A stretch of DNA of 64,000 nucleotides from Octopus vulgaris (lineage: Eukaryota). The stretch covers positions 82,088,001 to 82,152,000 of the forward strand of contig OX597826.1 of assembly GCA_951406725.2 (NCBI GenBank), in the 5' to 3' direction. The translations under genes were made by a program, and so were the position numbers. The notes beneath the pieces are model-generated. The model saw only the letters and a program-made list of their open reading frames with translations. It searched no databases and was not told the origin of the DNA. Shown here piece by piece: positions 13,051-27,190 of the stretch (the first letter of the stretch is position 1; each line of letters starts with the position of its first letter).

Positions 13051-14251
13051 CATATGAGAATTCATAGGTCACGAAATAAGCTTATTTGCGGTGAGGAGTA
13101 CAGAATCTAACATTTCAAGACGTTGCTTTGCATGAGAATGAAGTGAGAGGATGCGGCATTGCCGATTGGAGGCACAGTTTTATAGAATTTATGCCACGCT
13201 CACCCAATGTACATGCAACTAACACTCAAAGTAACTAATGTGTGCTCATGAGAGGAACTGATTAGTTTCTTAAAACAATGGCAATCATACGTACAGTGTG
13301 TACATAATTTGTTAGAGGCAAATAAAATTTCATGACAAGACTTCGATGATATTAACTACTAAATTATCAGAGAAGACATTACCTGTAAACAGCGACCACC
13401 TGTAAATTCAGTACCGATGAGATATTGTGACAATCTGAATTGGAAACATTCCTTATCACACTCACTCAACGGTCATTTTACTTTGTATTGCGCTTGTCGC
13501 TTATGTACGAGAGTGGCATGAATCGCAATAACTATCACCCCTGTCATGAAGAAACAGAGGCGGCTCTCTTATTAACGCTAAAAACATCGATCATAACGCA
13601 GCTTGTTGCCTCAATTACTGTCACCGAAGCAAAAGGTTAGCAGTACATAATTTCCAGCGATTTCTATTTTCTCCGTTCTGGCCTACAATGCGTTTGGCTG
13701 TCTAATCATGTCAATCTCCGCGGGTTTTCCTTACAATAATATGATGATGACGGAGTTTCTCCAATAGAAATACTTTTTAGATATTTAGGATACGAAAATT
13801 TGAAATAAACTTTCCATTTCCAGAAACTCGATGAAGGACAAATTTGACCACACTTTCTACTCACTTCTAAACCATATTGGCACAATACAATTTCCCCCTT
13901 TTATCATTTTTGATGAAACATAAAGATCAGAAATAACTAGTTGTGAGTGCTCACAGTATTTTCGTAATTGCGTCTTTCTCTTTCTTTAACAACTGAAAGA
14001 AAATGTCATTTTTAATATGTTTTCTCTCTGGGAAATTATGATTCACATCAGTAAACAGTTAACCGTTGACTCTAAAAGCATCACTTGACCTAAACAAAGA
14101 ATATTTTCTACTTTTAACTTACAACTACTAGTATTTCACAAAGTTTCAAGTCGAAGTAACTCTGGAAATTTACTTCAATTTATAATATATAACGATATTT
14201 GTGTTAAGTGTGTGTGTGTGTATATATGTGTGTGTGTGTGTGTGTGTATGT

Positions 14252-14301
<50 letters not shown>

Positions 14302-14957
14302 GTGTGTTTCTGTTTGCACGCGTTCGGATGAGTGTGAGAATTTATGCGAAACACATAATGACTCACATCCAAAACTGGATTTTGTTCGCTTAGTTAAGTG
14401 TATAGGTCAGCGAGTACGAAAATAAGGAGACAGCCGTAGGCGGAGTAGGCGGGTCGGGTGCGTGTCTGGCACACACACACACACACACACAAGTATATAC
14501 GAATGAGTAATTATACAGCGTCAGCATAACAGTCGAAATGCAAGATACATAACTCGGATGAGCTGTAATAAATCCTTCCCAATATGGTGTTAGGTGACCA
14601 GTGTCTTTCAACATCTGACATCCTTGCCCAGGCGGCACAGTTGAACTTTATCGGGCTCAATATTGAAATCTGAAACGAGTATTAGAAAGTAAGACAGTTT
14701 TGATCTTTGGTAGAGTCGATTTAGCGTAGAACAAATTCTTTGCTATTTGCTCCCTGTACTCAGAGTTTAAATTCCATTAACATAAACCTTTAGTTTAGCT
14801 ATCTTTGGATTTGTGGAAGTGTTGAAGCATCCGACAGAATATCATACGGTAGTTGTTTCGGTTTTTGCCTTCTGTACTTTGAGATGGTAGACTTATTCTC
14901 TCACCGATTTAATAGTCTCACCGCTCCATGTCGTTAAGTGACTTTAACAGAGTTAAA

Positions 14958-14990
14958 CATAGCTCGAATGTTACCAACATTCGAGCTATG
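14958..14990. repeat. Perfect 15-bp hairpin, 3-nt loop
   Basis: CATAGCTCGAATGTT-ACC-AACATTCGAGCTATG. Confidence 0.9.
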
Positions 14991-15654
14991 ATTCAGGAAA
15001 ACTTCTCATCTCATTCTCCGAAGCCATTGCATTCTCCCACTGTTTGAGGGGCAAATAATAATAATAAAAAACATCTTAAAAGTTCAACACGTCAACGTCT
15101 CTGACAGAATGGAACTATATTTCAGTCTATAGCAAAATGCTGGCGACAAGATGGACCAAAATATTCTAAATAATAAACGGGCAATCGGTTAAAACTAGTA
15201 CTACTTGATGTTGCCGTATTTACTTAGCCCCAAATCAACCCAGATCGGGCAGACCTAAGATAAAAATCCACGCGGTTGTGACCACCCCATGATCTCATTT
15301 CTCCAACGAGCCTTTTCTTGAAGGAAGTGTATTATTTGAAAGCGGTTTCCCATTATTCCTAACAAGCAGATCAAACGATTGGATAACGTTTCACTTTTAG
15401 ACTCGTAATCGCATGGTCAGAAGGAAGGGTTTCTTGAAAAAAATATTCTGGAAGAATCTAGGATAAAAGTTTGGGTTAATCAATTGCTGATAATTAGAGA
15501 ACGTTGGTGTGGAGTGGGGTATGCATGGGCGACCACTGGTCTTCCAAAACACCCTTGTCCGGACATGTGCCTCGGAGGGAAATTCTCTAGCCGCAATCCT
15601 ATGGTCACTCACAATCGAACGGGATTTTTATCCTTCACCCATATAAGGCACACG

Positions 15655-15712
<58 letters not shown>

Positions 15713-16329
15713 AGAAGGCGTTGTGATGAGCTTGTAACAAAACATTTTCGAGAATCAGCTTCTAACGTTAAGCGGGTAACTAAGGGCCTGAGACCCAGTA
15801 ATTTGGCAAGAAAAAAAATAACCTCGTGTTTATCTGAGATCATAAATAGCTTCAACTGTAGTGTTTGAAATAAGCCTTCATGATAGCCATATGTGGAACG
15901 CTTTTGATAGCAGATATGAGCTGATTTTGTGTAAAACACCAAACCACAACGACGACGACGACGACCACCACCACCACCACCACCAACAACAACAACGACA
16001 ACGACAACAACAACAACAACAACAACAACGACAACGACAACGACACCACCACCAACAACAACAACAGTATCACAAAGTGTATACCGTATTTCCCTTTATC
16101 ATACGCATGTCAAATTTCAGCAACTAATCGAAGTATAATTCAATTTTGTATAATATGAAACATATTTCGTTAGCGAGTGATTGATTAATACTGCCTGATC
16201 GAATTTCCTTATTTATTTATTTTTGTTTCAGTTTGATCAACAAAGAATTTCCTGTAAATACTATGAGCTTCATCAGGAAAATACACACACACACAGACAG
16301 GCACACGCACACAGACAAACACACACGCA

Positions 16330-16380
<51 letters not shown>

Positions 16381-17124
16381 GCTTGGCGTTGTGGCTAAGA
16401 AGTTCGCTTCATAACTCTGTGGTTGCAGGTGCGATGCTGCTGTGTTTTCGCTGTTAGAAATACTGCGAAGCTACGATCGGAAACTTCTTTCGACCAAATA
16501 ACTTTACAAGTTGAGATCAAAGGGAATGTGTGTGTGGGCGGGTGAGAGTGTGTGTGCTCTCGGATCTCTTTTCCCATATATATATATATACATATCTATA
16601 CGCATAACTACGCTCCACTCCCAGGAACAAGCGTATAAGTTACTGGCAATAAATAAAACCAAGACTTCGGATAGAATTCGTTGGTATTTTACGAAAGTGG
16701 GCCATGATTAGTTGCAGTTCATGTTTAAGAAGCGTTGTGAAAATGTGAAACACTTTTGTGTGAGAAGCTGCATTATGGAATCCATTTATCGTTTATTCAT
16801 GTTGAGACTTGCGTAAGAAATCGAACACTAAAATCAGCCAGAGTTAATCAAAGTTTTTATTGAATTTCGCTTTCAGTAATAATAAAGCTTCATAAAATTT
16901 CTCATCTAAGTTATCTGCTGACGTTTTTAATATTTTGGCCGACTAAAAATTGCTAGACATTCTATAGAATGTTATAGTATTACATATACATACACACACA
17001 CATACATATATACATATATACATACATACGTACATACATACAAACATACATACATACATATTTGCATGCATGGATACATATATATCGATAAATACACACA
17101 TATACATATATGTAGGTATATGCA

Positions 17125-17204
<80 letters not shown>

Positions 17205-17224
17205 ATATATATACACACATATAA

Positions 17225-17263
<39 letters not shown>

Positions 17264-17523
17264 CATATACATACATATATATATGTATACATATATACAT
17301 ACATATACATACATGCATACATACATATATATGTGTTTGTGTGTGTGTGTATGGTTAGCTGTGTTACAGGTTAAAATAAACGTCTAAGGGATAGAAGTAT
17401 CCATTACACTACCGGTATATTACCTATGTTTAACCCTGGGCATACACATGCAAGCATATTATGCTCATAAATTACAGGTAATGACATGGATAAACATGCG
17501 TTTATCAAGAGTCAAAATTCTTA

Positions 17524-17676
17524 GGAAAACAGAAAATGGAGAAATATTGATGAACAACAATTAACTTACAACAATTATTATTCATTAATTCAATAATTTA
17601 TTTGTTTTGAATTAATAAATAATAATTGATGTAAGCCAATTGTTGTTCGTCAATAGTTCTCCATTTTCTGTCTTCT
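17524..17676. repeat. Long inverted repeat / foldback (~70-bp arms, ~13-nt spacer)
   Basis: 17525-17593 GAAAACAGAAAATGGAGAA..TAATTCAA versus 17607-17675 reverse complement, about 7 mismatches. Confidence 0.9.
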
Positions 17677-18982
17677 TTAAATTATATATATATATATTAT
17701 ATATGTATGTATATACATGCATGTGTGTATATATATATACATATATATTATGAAATTAAAAAGGCAGCAGTTTGCAGTGTTTTACCAAGAAGAACTGTAA
17801 TTGTCACAAAATGCGACTAGGGTGTTATAAACACCCGAATTGCTAGAAATAAGAGCTAAAAGGCTCTAATGCTGCAGTCAAAGCGCATAATTATGTACAA
17901 ACGGAGACAATTATTGTCTGAAAACACCGTTTGAGAATTTCTTATACTAAATTGAGTTTCGGCAATTTCTCTTGCCTCATCAATAAGGACTTGCTCTACC
18001 TCGGCAGATTTCGGACTTAATTCTTTGGCTGTCTATATGTTTTCATCATAGGAATTCATCCATCTCTCCATATATATACACACACAAACACACACATCCG
18101 ATAGCATAACAATATATGGTGTTTAGAAGAACATGAAAGCACGAAAGAAGAATTCTTGTTATCTCATGGACAAAATTTCCAATATGGTGGCATCAGAAAC
18201 TGCTACAAAGGCAATTTATTTTCCCCCTCCAATAAATTTTTCGCTAAAATAAAAATATTTCAGTTTTAACGAGAACAGAGACAAAAAATGAAAGGCAATT
18301 GAACTGTGCGAAGATATTTCTCTTCGGTTTTTAGTAAGGAAAATGATCAAAACGTAAGCTTCTTCTCTTTATAGATTCCAGTTCAGTAGTTAAAAATTAA
18401 ACTTTCAAGTTTTCTGCAGCGACAGCATAAAAATTCCCGAGAGTGCCAAGTAGGTCAGATTCTTGCATGGGAGTGTTGCTTTGTAATTGGAGGCAAATAA
18501 CTTTGAACACATCCCGCATATATCTCGGAGAGCGATGATTTTGAAATATATTTGATTACACATAGCTAATAATCTGCCTCTCCCTTCTCTATCTCTCTCC
18601 CTCTCTCTTGCTATATATTACTGAATTTTAATTTGGAATGTGTTTAATTAATTAATTACCATTTATCTTATCTGATGATGCAATCACTAAACCGGGTTGA
18701 AAGTATTAAAATATATTTTAATTGTTGCCGCAATTCTCATAAATGTTATTGTTTTGGTTAGAATTGTCATTTAACCCAAGACTCACTTTCACACAAAAGA
18801 CAGAACTATGTACAAAAGCTATTCCAAACCGGACTATCATCTTTGTCAGTCTCTTTTCTGGAATACTACACTTATCTACATCTTCCTAAGGGACATATTG
18901 TGAGACAAAAATTTAAGAAATAGTTGACTGCCATTGCCATTCCTAGATAGCCAAACTACTCGATGACTCTTCTTTGGTTTGC

Positions 18983-19032
<50 letters not shown>

Positions 19033-19038
<6 letters not shown>

Positions 19039-19124
19039 ATCCAAACAAGAAAACAAAAAACACAACAACGCAAGGACGTGGAACAAATAAAGTATTATTG
19101 GACGCTCAGGAAAGAAGGGAAGAA

Positions 19125-19127
<3 letters not shown>
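19033..19127 (-). mobile_element. H1 mini-element, 5'-truncated (hammerhead absent), embedded in (TA)n
   Basis: TAGTTAATCCAAACAAG..GGACGCTCAGGAAAGAAGGGAAGAAGG with (TA)n on both sides. Confidence 0.85.
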
Positions 19128-19170
<43 letters not shown>

Positions 19171-19202
19171 TTATATATCGTTAATGGCTTAAAATATTGA
19201 TT

Positions 19203-19560
19203 CCTTTATTCTTTTATTTGTTTCAGTCATTTGAGTGCGGCATGCTGGAGCACCGCCTTTAGTCGAGCAAATCTACCCCAAGGACTTATTCTTTGTTAGC
19301 CTAGTACTTATTCTATCGGTCTTTTTTGCCGAACCACTAAGTTACAGGGACGTAAACATACCAGCATTGGAGTGACAAACACACACGCACAACACACACA
19401 TATATACGACGGCCTTCTTTCAGTTTCTGTCTACCAAATCCACTCATAAGGCTTTGGTCGACCCGAGGCTATAGTAGAAAACACATCCCCAAGGTACCCC
19501 GCAGTGGGACTGAACCCAGACCCATGTGGTTGGTAAGCAAGCTACTTAGCACACAGCCAC
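19203..19560 (-). mobile_element. SINE family A
   Basis: Reverse complement of the family A tail, body and head (GGGACTGAACCC..CACACAGCCAC). Confidence 0.92.
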
Positions 19561-19709
19561 TAAATACATCAATAAATATATTTCGTGCAGCTTTCAGAAG
19601 TTTCTATCACACGGGCAGCATTTCCATGGAGGCCTGCCGCACTCATTCCTTCCAATAGTTATGAAAAACCTTGGGCTCTCCAGTTTCATCTTGTATATTA
19701 CAACAATTG

Positions 19710-20035
19710 ACACTCCATCGGTTACGACGGCAAGGGTCCCAGTTGATCCAATCAACAGAACAATCTGCTGGTGAAATTAACGTGCAAGTGGCTGAGCACT
19801 CCACAGACACGTGTACCCTTAACGTAGTTCTCAGGGAGATTCAGCGTGACTCAGAGTGTGACAAGGCTGGTCCTTTGAAATACAGGTCCTACTCGTTTTT
19901 GTCAGCAGAGTGGACTGGAGCAATGTGAAATAAAGTGTTTTGCTCAATGACATAACGCGTGCGTCGCCGTGAATTGAACCCATGACCTTACGATCGTCAG
20001 CCAAATGCGGTAAGAATTAAGCCACACACCTTCAC
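19710..20035 (-). mobile_element. tRNA-derived SINE family B
   Basis: Reverse complement of 44171-44497, including the shared core GAATCTCCCTGAGAACTACGTTAAGGGTACACGTGTCTGTGGAGTGCTCAG. Confidence 0.9.
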
Positions 20036-20614
20036 CTTGAAGATTGATCTCCAGCTTATAGATGAAGGTTCAACTATCTGGGCCCTCATGTCCTCTTGTT
20101 TCTCTGCAAACTGGAATTTCACGCATTCGTTTATAATATAACAGCACTGATGATGTTTAATGCGATTTCGCATTGGTGGAATGTTATTGAGGAGAGTTAG
20201 AACGGAAATATTTGTATACAAGTTTTAGCTGGAGTAAAATAATGAAATGGCGTGATGAAAAGATACATGCCGTCTTTGACGAGATTAAAAGGAATGCACT
20301 TTTAGACAAGCAAATTAATGCAAACTCGACATGCGGTGAGGTTTTCCAATATCAAACATTAGAAAAGTAACAACATACGAGGCAAGGATCGAAAGCGAAA
20401 TATACTTGGCATGCTGCATCATACGTTACTGAAGGGAACATTTTCAGTGGAGGCGGCTTATTATGGGAGGAATAAGAGATAAACCCAATGTAAAACAGAG
20501 GAGATTCTGGAAGGCGAAGGGTACGAAACTCATTCAGCAAGGGCAGGCAGGAAACACCTCAAGTATTTCGTATCATTTGAAGCCATCAGGAAAATTTTCT
20601 GTTATACCTACACA

Positions 20615-20645
<31 letters not shown>

Positions 20646-20767
20646 TCACACACGTATAAATACATATTCATGCATATGCATACATTATATATATGTGTGT
20701 GTGTGCGTGTGTGTATGTGTGTGTATATATGTGTGTGTGTGTGTGTAGAATATTTGTTCGTTCGGAG

Positions 20768-21055
20768 CCCCAACTCTCCACAAATTTTATATTCTTAAAA
20801 TTTCTGGATGCTGCTGTCTTATGAAGTTTTCCTATTTGTGGTTGAAAGCTCGAAATAGGGAGTAACAAACAGTCAACAACTGAGGAGGAGTTAGACTTTT
20901 GGGGCAATTTTGTCCCCTACTTGTCTTCTATTTTGTATTTACGCACTTTTCACTTGCTGTTGATGTTCTTAATTGTGTATATTTTGGTATTTTGTTCTGT
21001 ACTTATCTCTCGTCTCTTTACGTGTTTTTCGCTCGTTGGTGATGTCCTGTACATA
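20768..21055 (+). mobile_element. Dispersed repeat family H5 (sibling of 59213-59437) with decayed hammerhead-like motif
   Basis: Shares CTGTCT..GAAG..GCTCGAAATARGGAGTA..ACAG.C.ACAACTGA.GA and GTTGGTGA.GTCCTGTAC with the 59.3-kb copy. Confidence 0.55.
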
Positions 21056-21198
21056 ATGTGTATATGTGTATACATTCATACATACATATACACGAACACA
21101 CCTGTGCGCGCGCGCACACACATAAACATATATACATGTATATTACATATTTATATACATATATCCATATTCATATATATATATAAAAGTATATATCT

Positions 21199-21490
21199 CG
21201 TGATCACGTGACCGACCAGGCTATCAGATGTTGCTACATATCGCTGGTCACAATGCACTTCGCATTGTTTTAGTCTTCAAATGACGCTACCCCGCAGGCT
21301 AAGCGAGCAGGGCAAAAAAAAGAAAGTGTGGCGAAAGAGCACAGCAGGGATCGCCACCAGCCTCTGCCGGTGCCTCGTGGAGCTTTAGGTGTTATCGCTC
21401 AATATACACTCACAACGCCCGATCTGGGAATCGAAACCGCGATCCTACGACCGCGAGTCCGCTGCCCTAGCCACTGGGCCATTGCGCCTC
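21199..21490 (-). mobile_element. tRNA-derived SINE family C, full length
   Basis: Minus-strand head GGAGGCGCAATGGCCCAGTGGCTAGGGCAGCGGACTCGCGGTCGTAGGATCGCGGTTTCGATTCCC has A and B boxes, followed by a non-tRNA body. Confidence 0.88.
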
Positions 21491-21500
21491 CACACACACG

Positions 21501-21538
<38 letters not shown>

Positions 21539-22391
21539 CACATACATACATACATACATACATACATACATACATGCATACATACATACATACATACATA
21601 CATACATACATACATACACGCACACTAACACACACACACACACTATGTAAAGTACAGATTTTATATATTACGAAAAAGAAGTTGCAATTTAGATAAAAGC
21701 TTTTGGATATTTAGAGCTTTCCACCTTTTAAAGGATTCATCAGACTCTCTTTCGCTTTTTTATCTTTTAGTGAAAATTCATAACATTTAGAAATATGTGT
21801 TTGTCAAAAAGAAAATCTGGAGTTGAATTCAGTTTCTTGGGTTTTGGAAAAAGGATTTTCTGGGAGTGGTTATTTGAGATGTTCTTTGTCATTTTGAAAC
21901 TATATGTGTCTATATTTATGTGTGTGTACGTATATGTGTGTAGGTATGTGTTGAGAGTTTTGAAACAAAGAAAAAACTATAAAGTAAGAGATGCGGAAAG
22001 AAAGAAAGAAAGAAAGAAAGAAAGAAGGAAGGAAAGGGTGTTATAAAGTGTGTGTCCAATCGTATTAGTCATACATAACCAGCGAGTAGAAGAGAGAATT
22101 ATCTCAAGAGAGTAAAGACGCAGACAAAAGCAGATAACATATCTTGAAATATTGAGGTAAGTTCCCTTCGGCTTTCAGATTTAGGCTTATAGACTGGTCG
22201 GGTTGATTTTGAATTCGATCTTTCCAGGGGCCATAAAATAGTAAAATAAATAGATTCAATAAAATCGACTACAAAAGTTTGATTTCTAACTTAGATACAC
22301 CTGCAGTCACCATTCTGGAAGAGCTGGAATACTCGATAGAGTTGGTCTAAGAATAGGACTGTAACTTATTTATGCCACTCTTGATTTGTAA

Positions 22392-22443
<52 letters not shown>

Positions 22444-22699
22444 GTATGTGTGTGTGTATGTGTAAATTTTTTTGGATCCGATGGAATTATTTAAATAAGA
22501 AAAGGACGAAGGTAGAGTCAGGGGTAATGTAACAGCGCTCTAACCATATACGTACTTACTAAAATAAATACGAATTTGTCCCTCCAGTTATACACACGGC
22601 AGGTACTGAAAATCACGCAGCGGTTCACTCACGACACGTATTCCATATTCGACTGAATTCCAGATCCAATGCATGGAAAGTTCAGAGTTAGTTGAAGAA

Positions 22700-23050
22700 T
22701 AAACAATAACACAGATAGTTTGAGGTTCGCTACAGCTGTTCCAGACCTGTTCTTTATTGATGAAAAAAGTGTTTTCCATTTCCTTCCCATATCCCAGTCC
22801 CTTGAACGAGTTCATTAATATATTACTATGAATATATACTTTGTAAAAGGTTCCGCTATCCACTCTTCCATCTGTCACCTGGATGGGAAGGAGTTCTATT
22901 TTTTCTGAGGAATCTTAAGCGTTAAATTTTACGCCTAATTCACCTGGAAAAAAACCGGTCCCTTTGCATGATGTAACACATTTTTCATCAATAAAGAACA
23001 CGACCGAAACAGCTGTTGGGAACCGCAAGCAATGTTTGTGTTATTGTTAA
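22700..23050 (+). mobile_element. Inverted pseudo-LTR-like structure with decayed hammerhead (family H4)
   Basis: 22700-22775 is a diverged reverse complement of 22972-23050. The right arm overlaps GGTC..GACC-GAAA-CAGCTG-TT-GGGAA. Confidence 0.6.
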
Positions 23051-23970
23051 TGTGTGTGTGTTTATGTATGTATATCTGTATGTATGCATACATGTATATC
23101 CCTCACATGCGCGTCTTTGTTAGAAATCCCTGCCACAGAAGCGCAGTGGACGACGGAACGAGAAGCAGCAGCAGATTACTCGACCAAAATGGCTTCCTAC
23201 CTAGCACAAAGCCAACTTCAATCTAATATTATAGATTTCTTCCTTTCAGAAACGAACGATAAAATAATATCAACGAAGTATAAGGGTGTCGATGATGTCG
23301 ACTTGTCATTTCCCCGGCTAAACGTGTGGCCTCATGTTATAAATCATTCTTTTACACTTTACAATTGAAAGTTGTAACATGTATATGTCTAAAGTAAAGA
23401 CGCGCTAGAAAGAAGAGGTAGGCGTTTATGTTGATTTCTGACAAAAGGTCATCATTTCAGGTAAAAGTATCCAGGAAAGTTAATCAATAGAATTTTATTT
23501 CATTTTAAGCTTTACTTTTGTAATACTTAATCCTGTTATCTGGTAGGTATTACCGAACATTAAAAATCTGTTCCTGGACTGGGTGTAGTGAGGGATGGGA
23601 ATGGATTGCTTCAGGAGGATTTTATAGCTAGCCATTCCATTGGATGCTGGTTGTTGAGTCTTACCTGGAAGATGACGAAAAGGTGCAGAAATGGTAACTA
23701 CGTACTCACACAAACACACGCGAACGCACACACTCACACACACACACATGCACGAACACACTCCTCAAGGTATTATATGATATAGACTGATAATATTATA
23801 TAGCTAACATGTATATATGTATATCTACATAAACGTCTGCGTGTGTTTCTGTGCGTTTGCAAATAAGTAAATATACCTATATGCTTTTATACATTTACAA
23901 TTTATATGTATGTATGTGTGTGTGTCTGTGTGGGAGTGTATACATACATACATATACATATATATATATA

Positions 23971-24058
<88 letters not shown>

Positions 24059-25237
24059 TGTGTGTGTATGAGTATATAAATATAAACAACCTAACGTGCG
24101 TATATAGGCATATATCTGTGCGTCAATATATATTTGCGTATTTACGTGTGGGTGGGGTTTTGCGCGTGCATACACTCACACGCACATGTATACATACATA
24201 CGTACATACACACATACATATATGCTTTCATAAGATACTCATCTACTATTCTGCAACAAGCAAACAATAAACAAAAGCAAGAAAGCGCAAATATTAAGTG
24301 TACTAATGATATATATATATATATATATACCTACATACGTATGTATATACACACATATACATATATAACACACATACATGCCTGTGTGAGTGTAAGAACG
24401 TATATTCACTCATTTTCTGGTTATGTTGGATCTTTTTGTCTGTTTTTTGTTAATTTATTTCCTCGCCCGTCAGTAATTTGGCTTTTGAGGTCCTGACTTT
24501 CAAGTTAACTCCTTGCCGGGTGATAGAGATGATATCGTATGCAGATAAGCCATACGTTTTCTAGCTGGCTAATGGAATACATTAAATCAATAGGAGCCCC
24601 GATCAAATGATCTAAAAGATAAGTAAATGGATGAAACGTACTTATGTGGTTAAAAAAAGAAAAGGTAAAAAAAAAAAAAGGAAGAAAGCGGCGTTTCTCT
24701 CTTTTACTTGGGGTGGCTGGATCTCGATTTTCCTTGTCCCCACTTTTCTTGTTTTAGTTGTTGCTGGTTTTGTTTCAGTTCCAAACTTAATGGATTTATT
24801 GCTGACAATATCCTTCCTACCGATTCCAACTTTCATTCATTAGCCATGACGATAAGTTTCTTCGCTGTGTTAATTTTATATCCATTGACGAGAAGACATG
24901 AATTTGATAGGAGTCGTGTACGATTCGGCTATGAAGCTACGAGCTGCCCCCATCATTTCTCACAAATCATTATTATCATAGATGTTCTTGAATTTTATCC
25001 TTAGTGAGGTTTGTCATTTGAAGGAGATGCTTTATTACATTTGTTGTTGTTGTTGTTGTTTTTGTCTATTGAAATCTGATTTCCATAAAGAGTTAACATA
25101 TTACTACTAGCATTAGGTCTGTATTTTATCTCAACCTGTTACGCAACGTTGGCCCGCTCACACGCTGGAGTCTACAGACATTTGACTTAGTGTTATGCGC
25201 AAATGCACACATACCTATAAAGATAAAATGTACCAAA

Positions 25238-25272
<35 letters not shown>

Positions 25273-25476
25273 AAGTGTGAGTGAGAGAGAGATATATATA
25301 GAGAGAGTACTTATCAAAATACATTCTTTGCAATTATACCGAAAAATATTTCTTTTGTGCAAAGCGATTAGCAGAGAGCTCAATAAAAGGTGAAGAAAAC
25401 TACCTTTAGAACAATAATATATTGTTCAGCGAAGAAGCGACTGAAAATAAAATCAGGCTTTACATTTTATATATTA

Positions 25477-25989
25477 CTAGCAGTATCGCCCGGCGTTGCT
25501 CGGGTTTGTAAGGGAAATAACTATATAAGCATTTTTAGAGAGTTACTTCCTTTATAGATGCCAATTCGGGCTTTCTTAGCCATTTCTGTTTTGGTGTCTT
25601 CAAGCCATGAAGTCGTTGTTCTAAAAGAACGCTGGTCTCCTTGACAACGCATTACGACGTTGATTTCCTTACACTCCCTTCCCCACAGCTTCACGAGGGA
25701 GGGAAGAAGGGGGAGAAGCAAACAGGTGCAGGTGTGACCATGGACGCCAACTCCGCCGCCATCGACACACGAAAATTTATGCATTAAAATGGAATAAAAA
25801 ATGATGTTAAATTATTTTTAAAATCGTAGACTCATCGTAGACGCGCGCTAATACCCAGACGGGCTCGATATTAATCACGACTATAAGATACCCGAATTTG
25901 GTTAAACTGCACCGCAAAATGTGAGAGGAGTTAGGAATCTAAATCGTAGGAGACAGACACTCACACAACTACAGTTTTATATATATAGA
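25477..25989 (-). mobile_element. Non-autonomous Helitron (513 bp, both termini intact)
   Basis: Minus strand begins TCTATATATATAAAA and ends with hairpin CCCGAGCAACGCCGGG, 8 nt, then CTAG. Inserted between A and T with no TSD. Confidence 0.9.
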
Positions 25990-26040
25990 TATATTTATTC
26001 AAAATGATACTTGATGTATCTTCGAGTCCATTTTATCCAA

Positions 26041-26078
<38 letters not shown>

Positions 26079-26993
26079 ATACATATGCGTGCGCGCGTGT
26101 GTGTATATTTATGTATATATGTATGAGTGTGCTTCTGTGCGTATGTGTGTTTGACTCGTCACACTGACATATTCACATATGCGTACATCAGGAAATTTGA
26201 AACAATGATCTGGTTAGCCTTATGTAAGTGTTGTATCGATTCACCAAACTATAAATATAATCAGAAATTTTAAACCCCACGAAAACCTAAGAATATATGT
26301 AAACCCTTCAAACTAGAGATAATAAAAATCCGCAAAACGCAAAGCTACGCAAATATGATATCGATTTGAAGACGCGATCAGAAAAACTTTAGAAAGTTCA
26401 AACACTGAAGCAGATCCGTTAACCGAACAAAGCTTCATAATTTTTTTTTCTGAATAACATATATAACTTAGAAATGTTTCCACAAAAGGTTGTCATGCCT
26501 AGCTTAATAGCACCCCCTGAGACGACCTATTAAGTAGTTCTTAAGTCAAGATTTCCGGTATCAAAGTAATGATAACTTCTGCGTAGAGTAAGCAGTGTAC
26601 TTGCAATGGGCAGCAAATCCATTTATGTTGTGAAATTCATCGTAAAAAAGTTCACATGCAGCCATTACTGCGCTGGAATACACGGAATCGTTTGGAATAA
26701 TTAAAACAGATTAGTTACACAAGTGTTTGCCATATTATTTAAAAATCTAACATATTGTTGTATGCCACATTAATCACCAGTCTATAATTTTACTCTTTGG
26801 AGATTTAATGAATATCACAAAGCGAAACAAAAGCAAAAAAAAAAAAAATAATAATAATAAAATTAACCCTATAATAATAATTAATAAAACATTACGGGAC
26901 GAGACGAAGGGCTGAACTTTTTTTTTTGCTCAGTTTCATAAATGACGCCATCAAAATTGTTTCACATATCGTGACATGTTGCTTTCTCTTTTT

Positions 26994-27190
<197 letters not shown>

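Noticed and set aside
21415-21490. tRNA gene candidates at SINE heads (also 44176 and 2877)
   Set aside because: A and B boxes are present but there is no closed acceptor stem, and each continues into a repeated SINE body.
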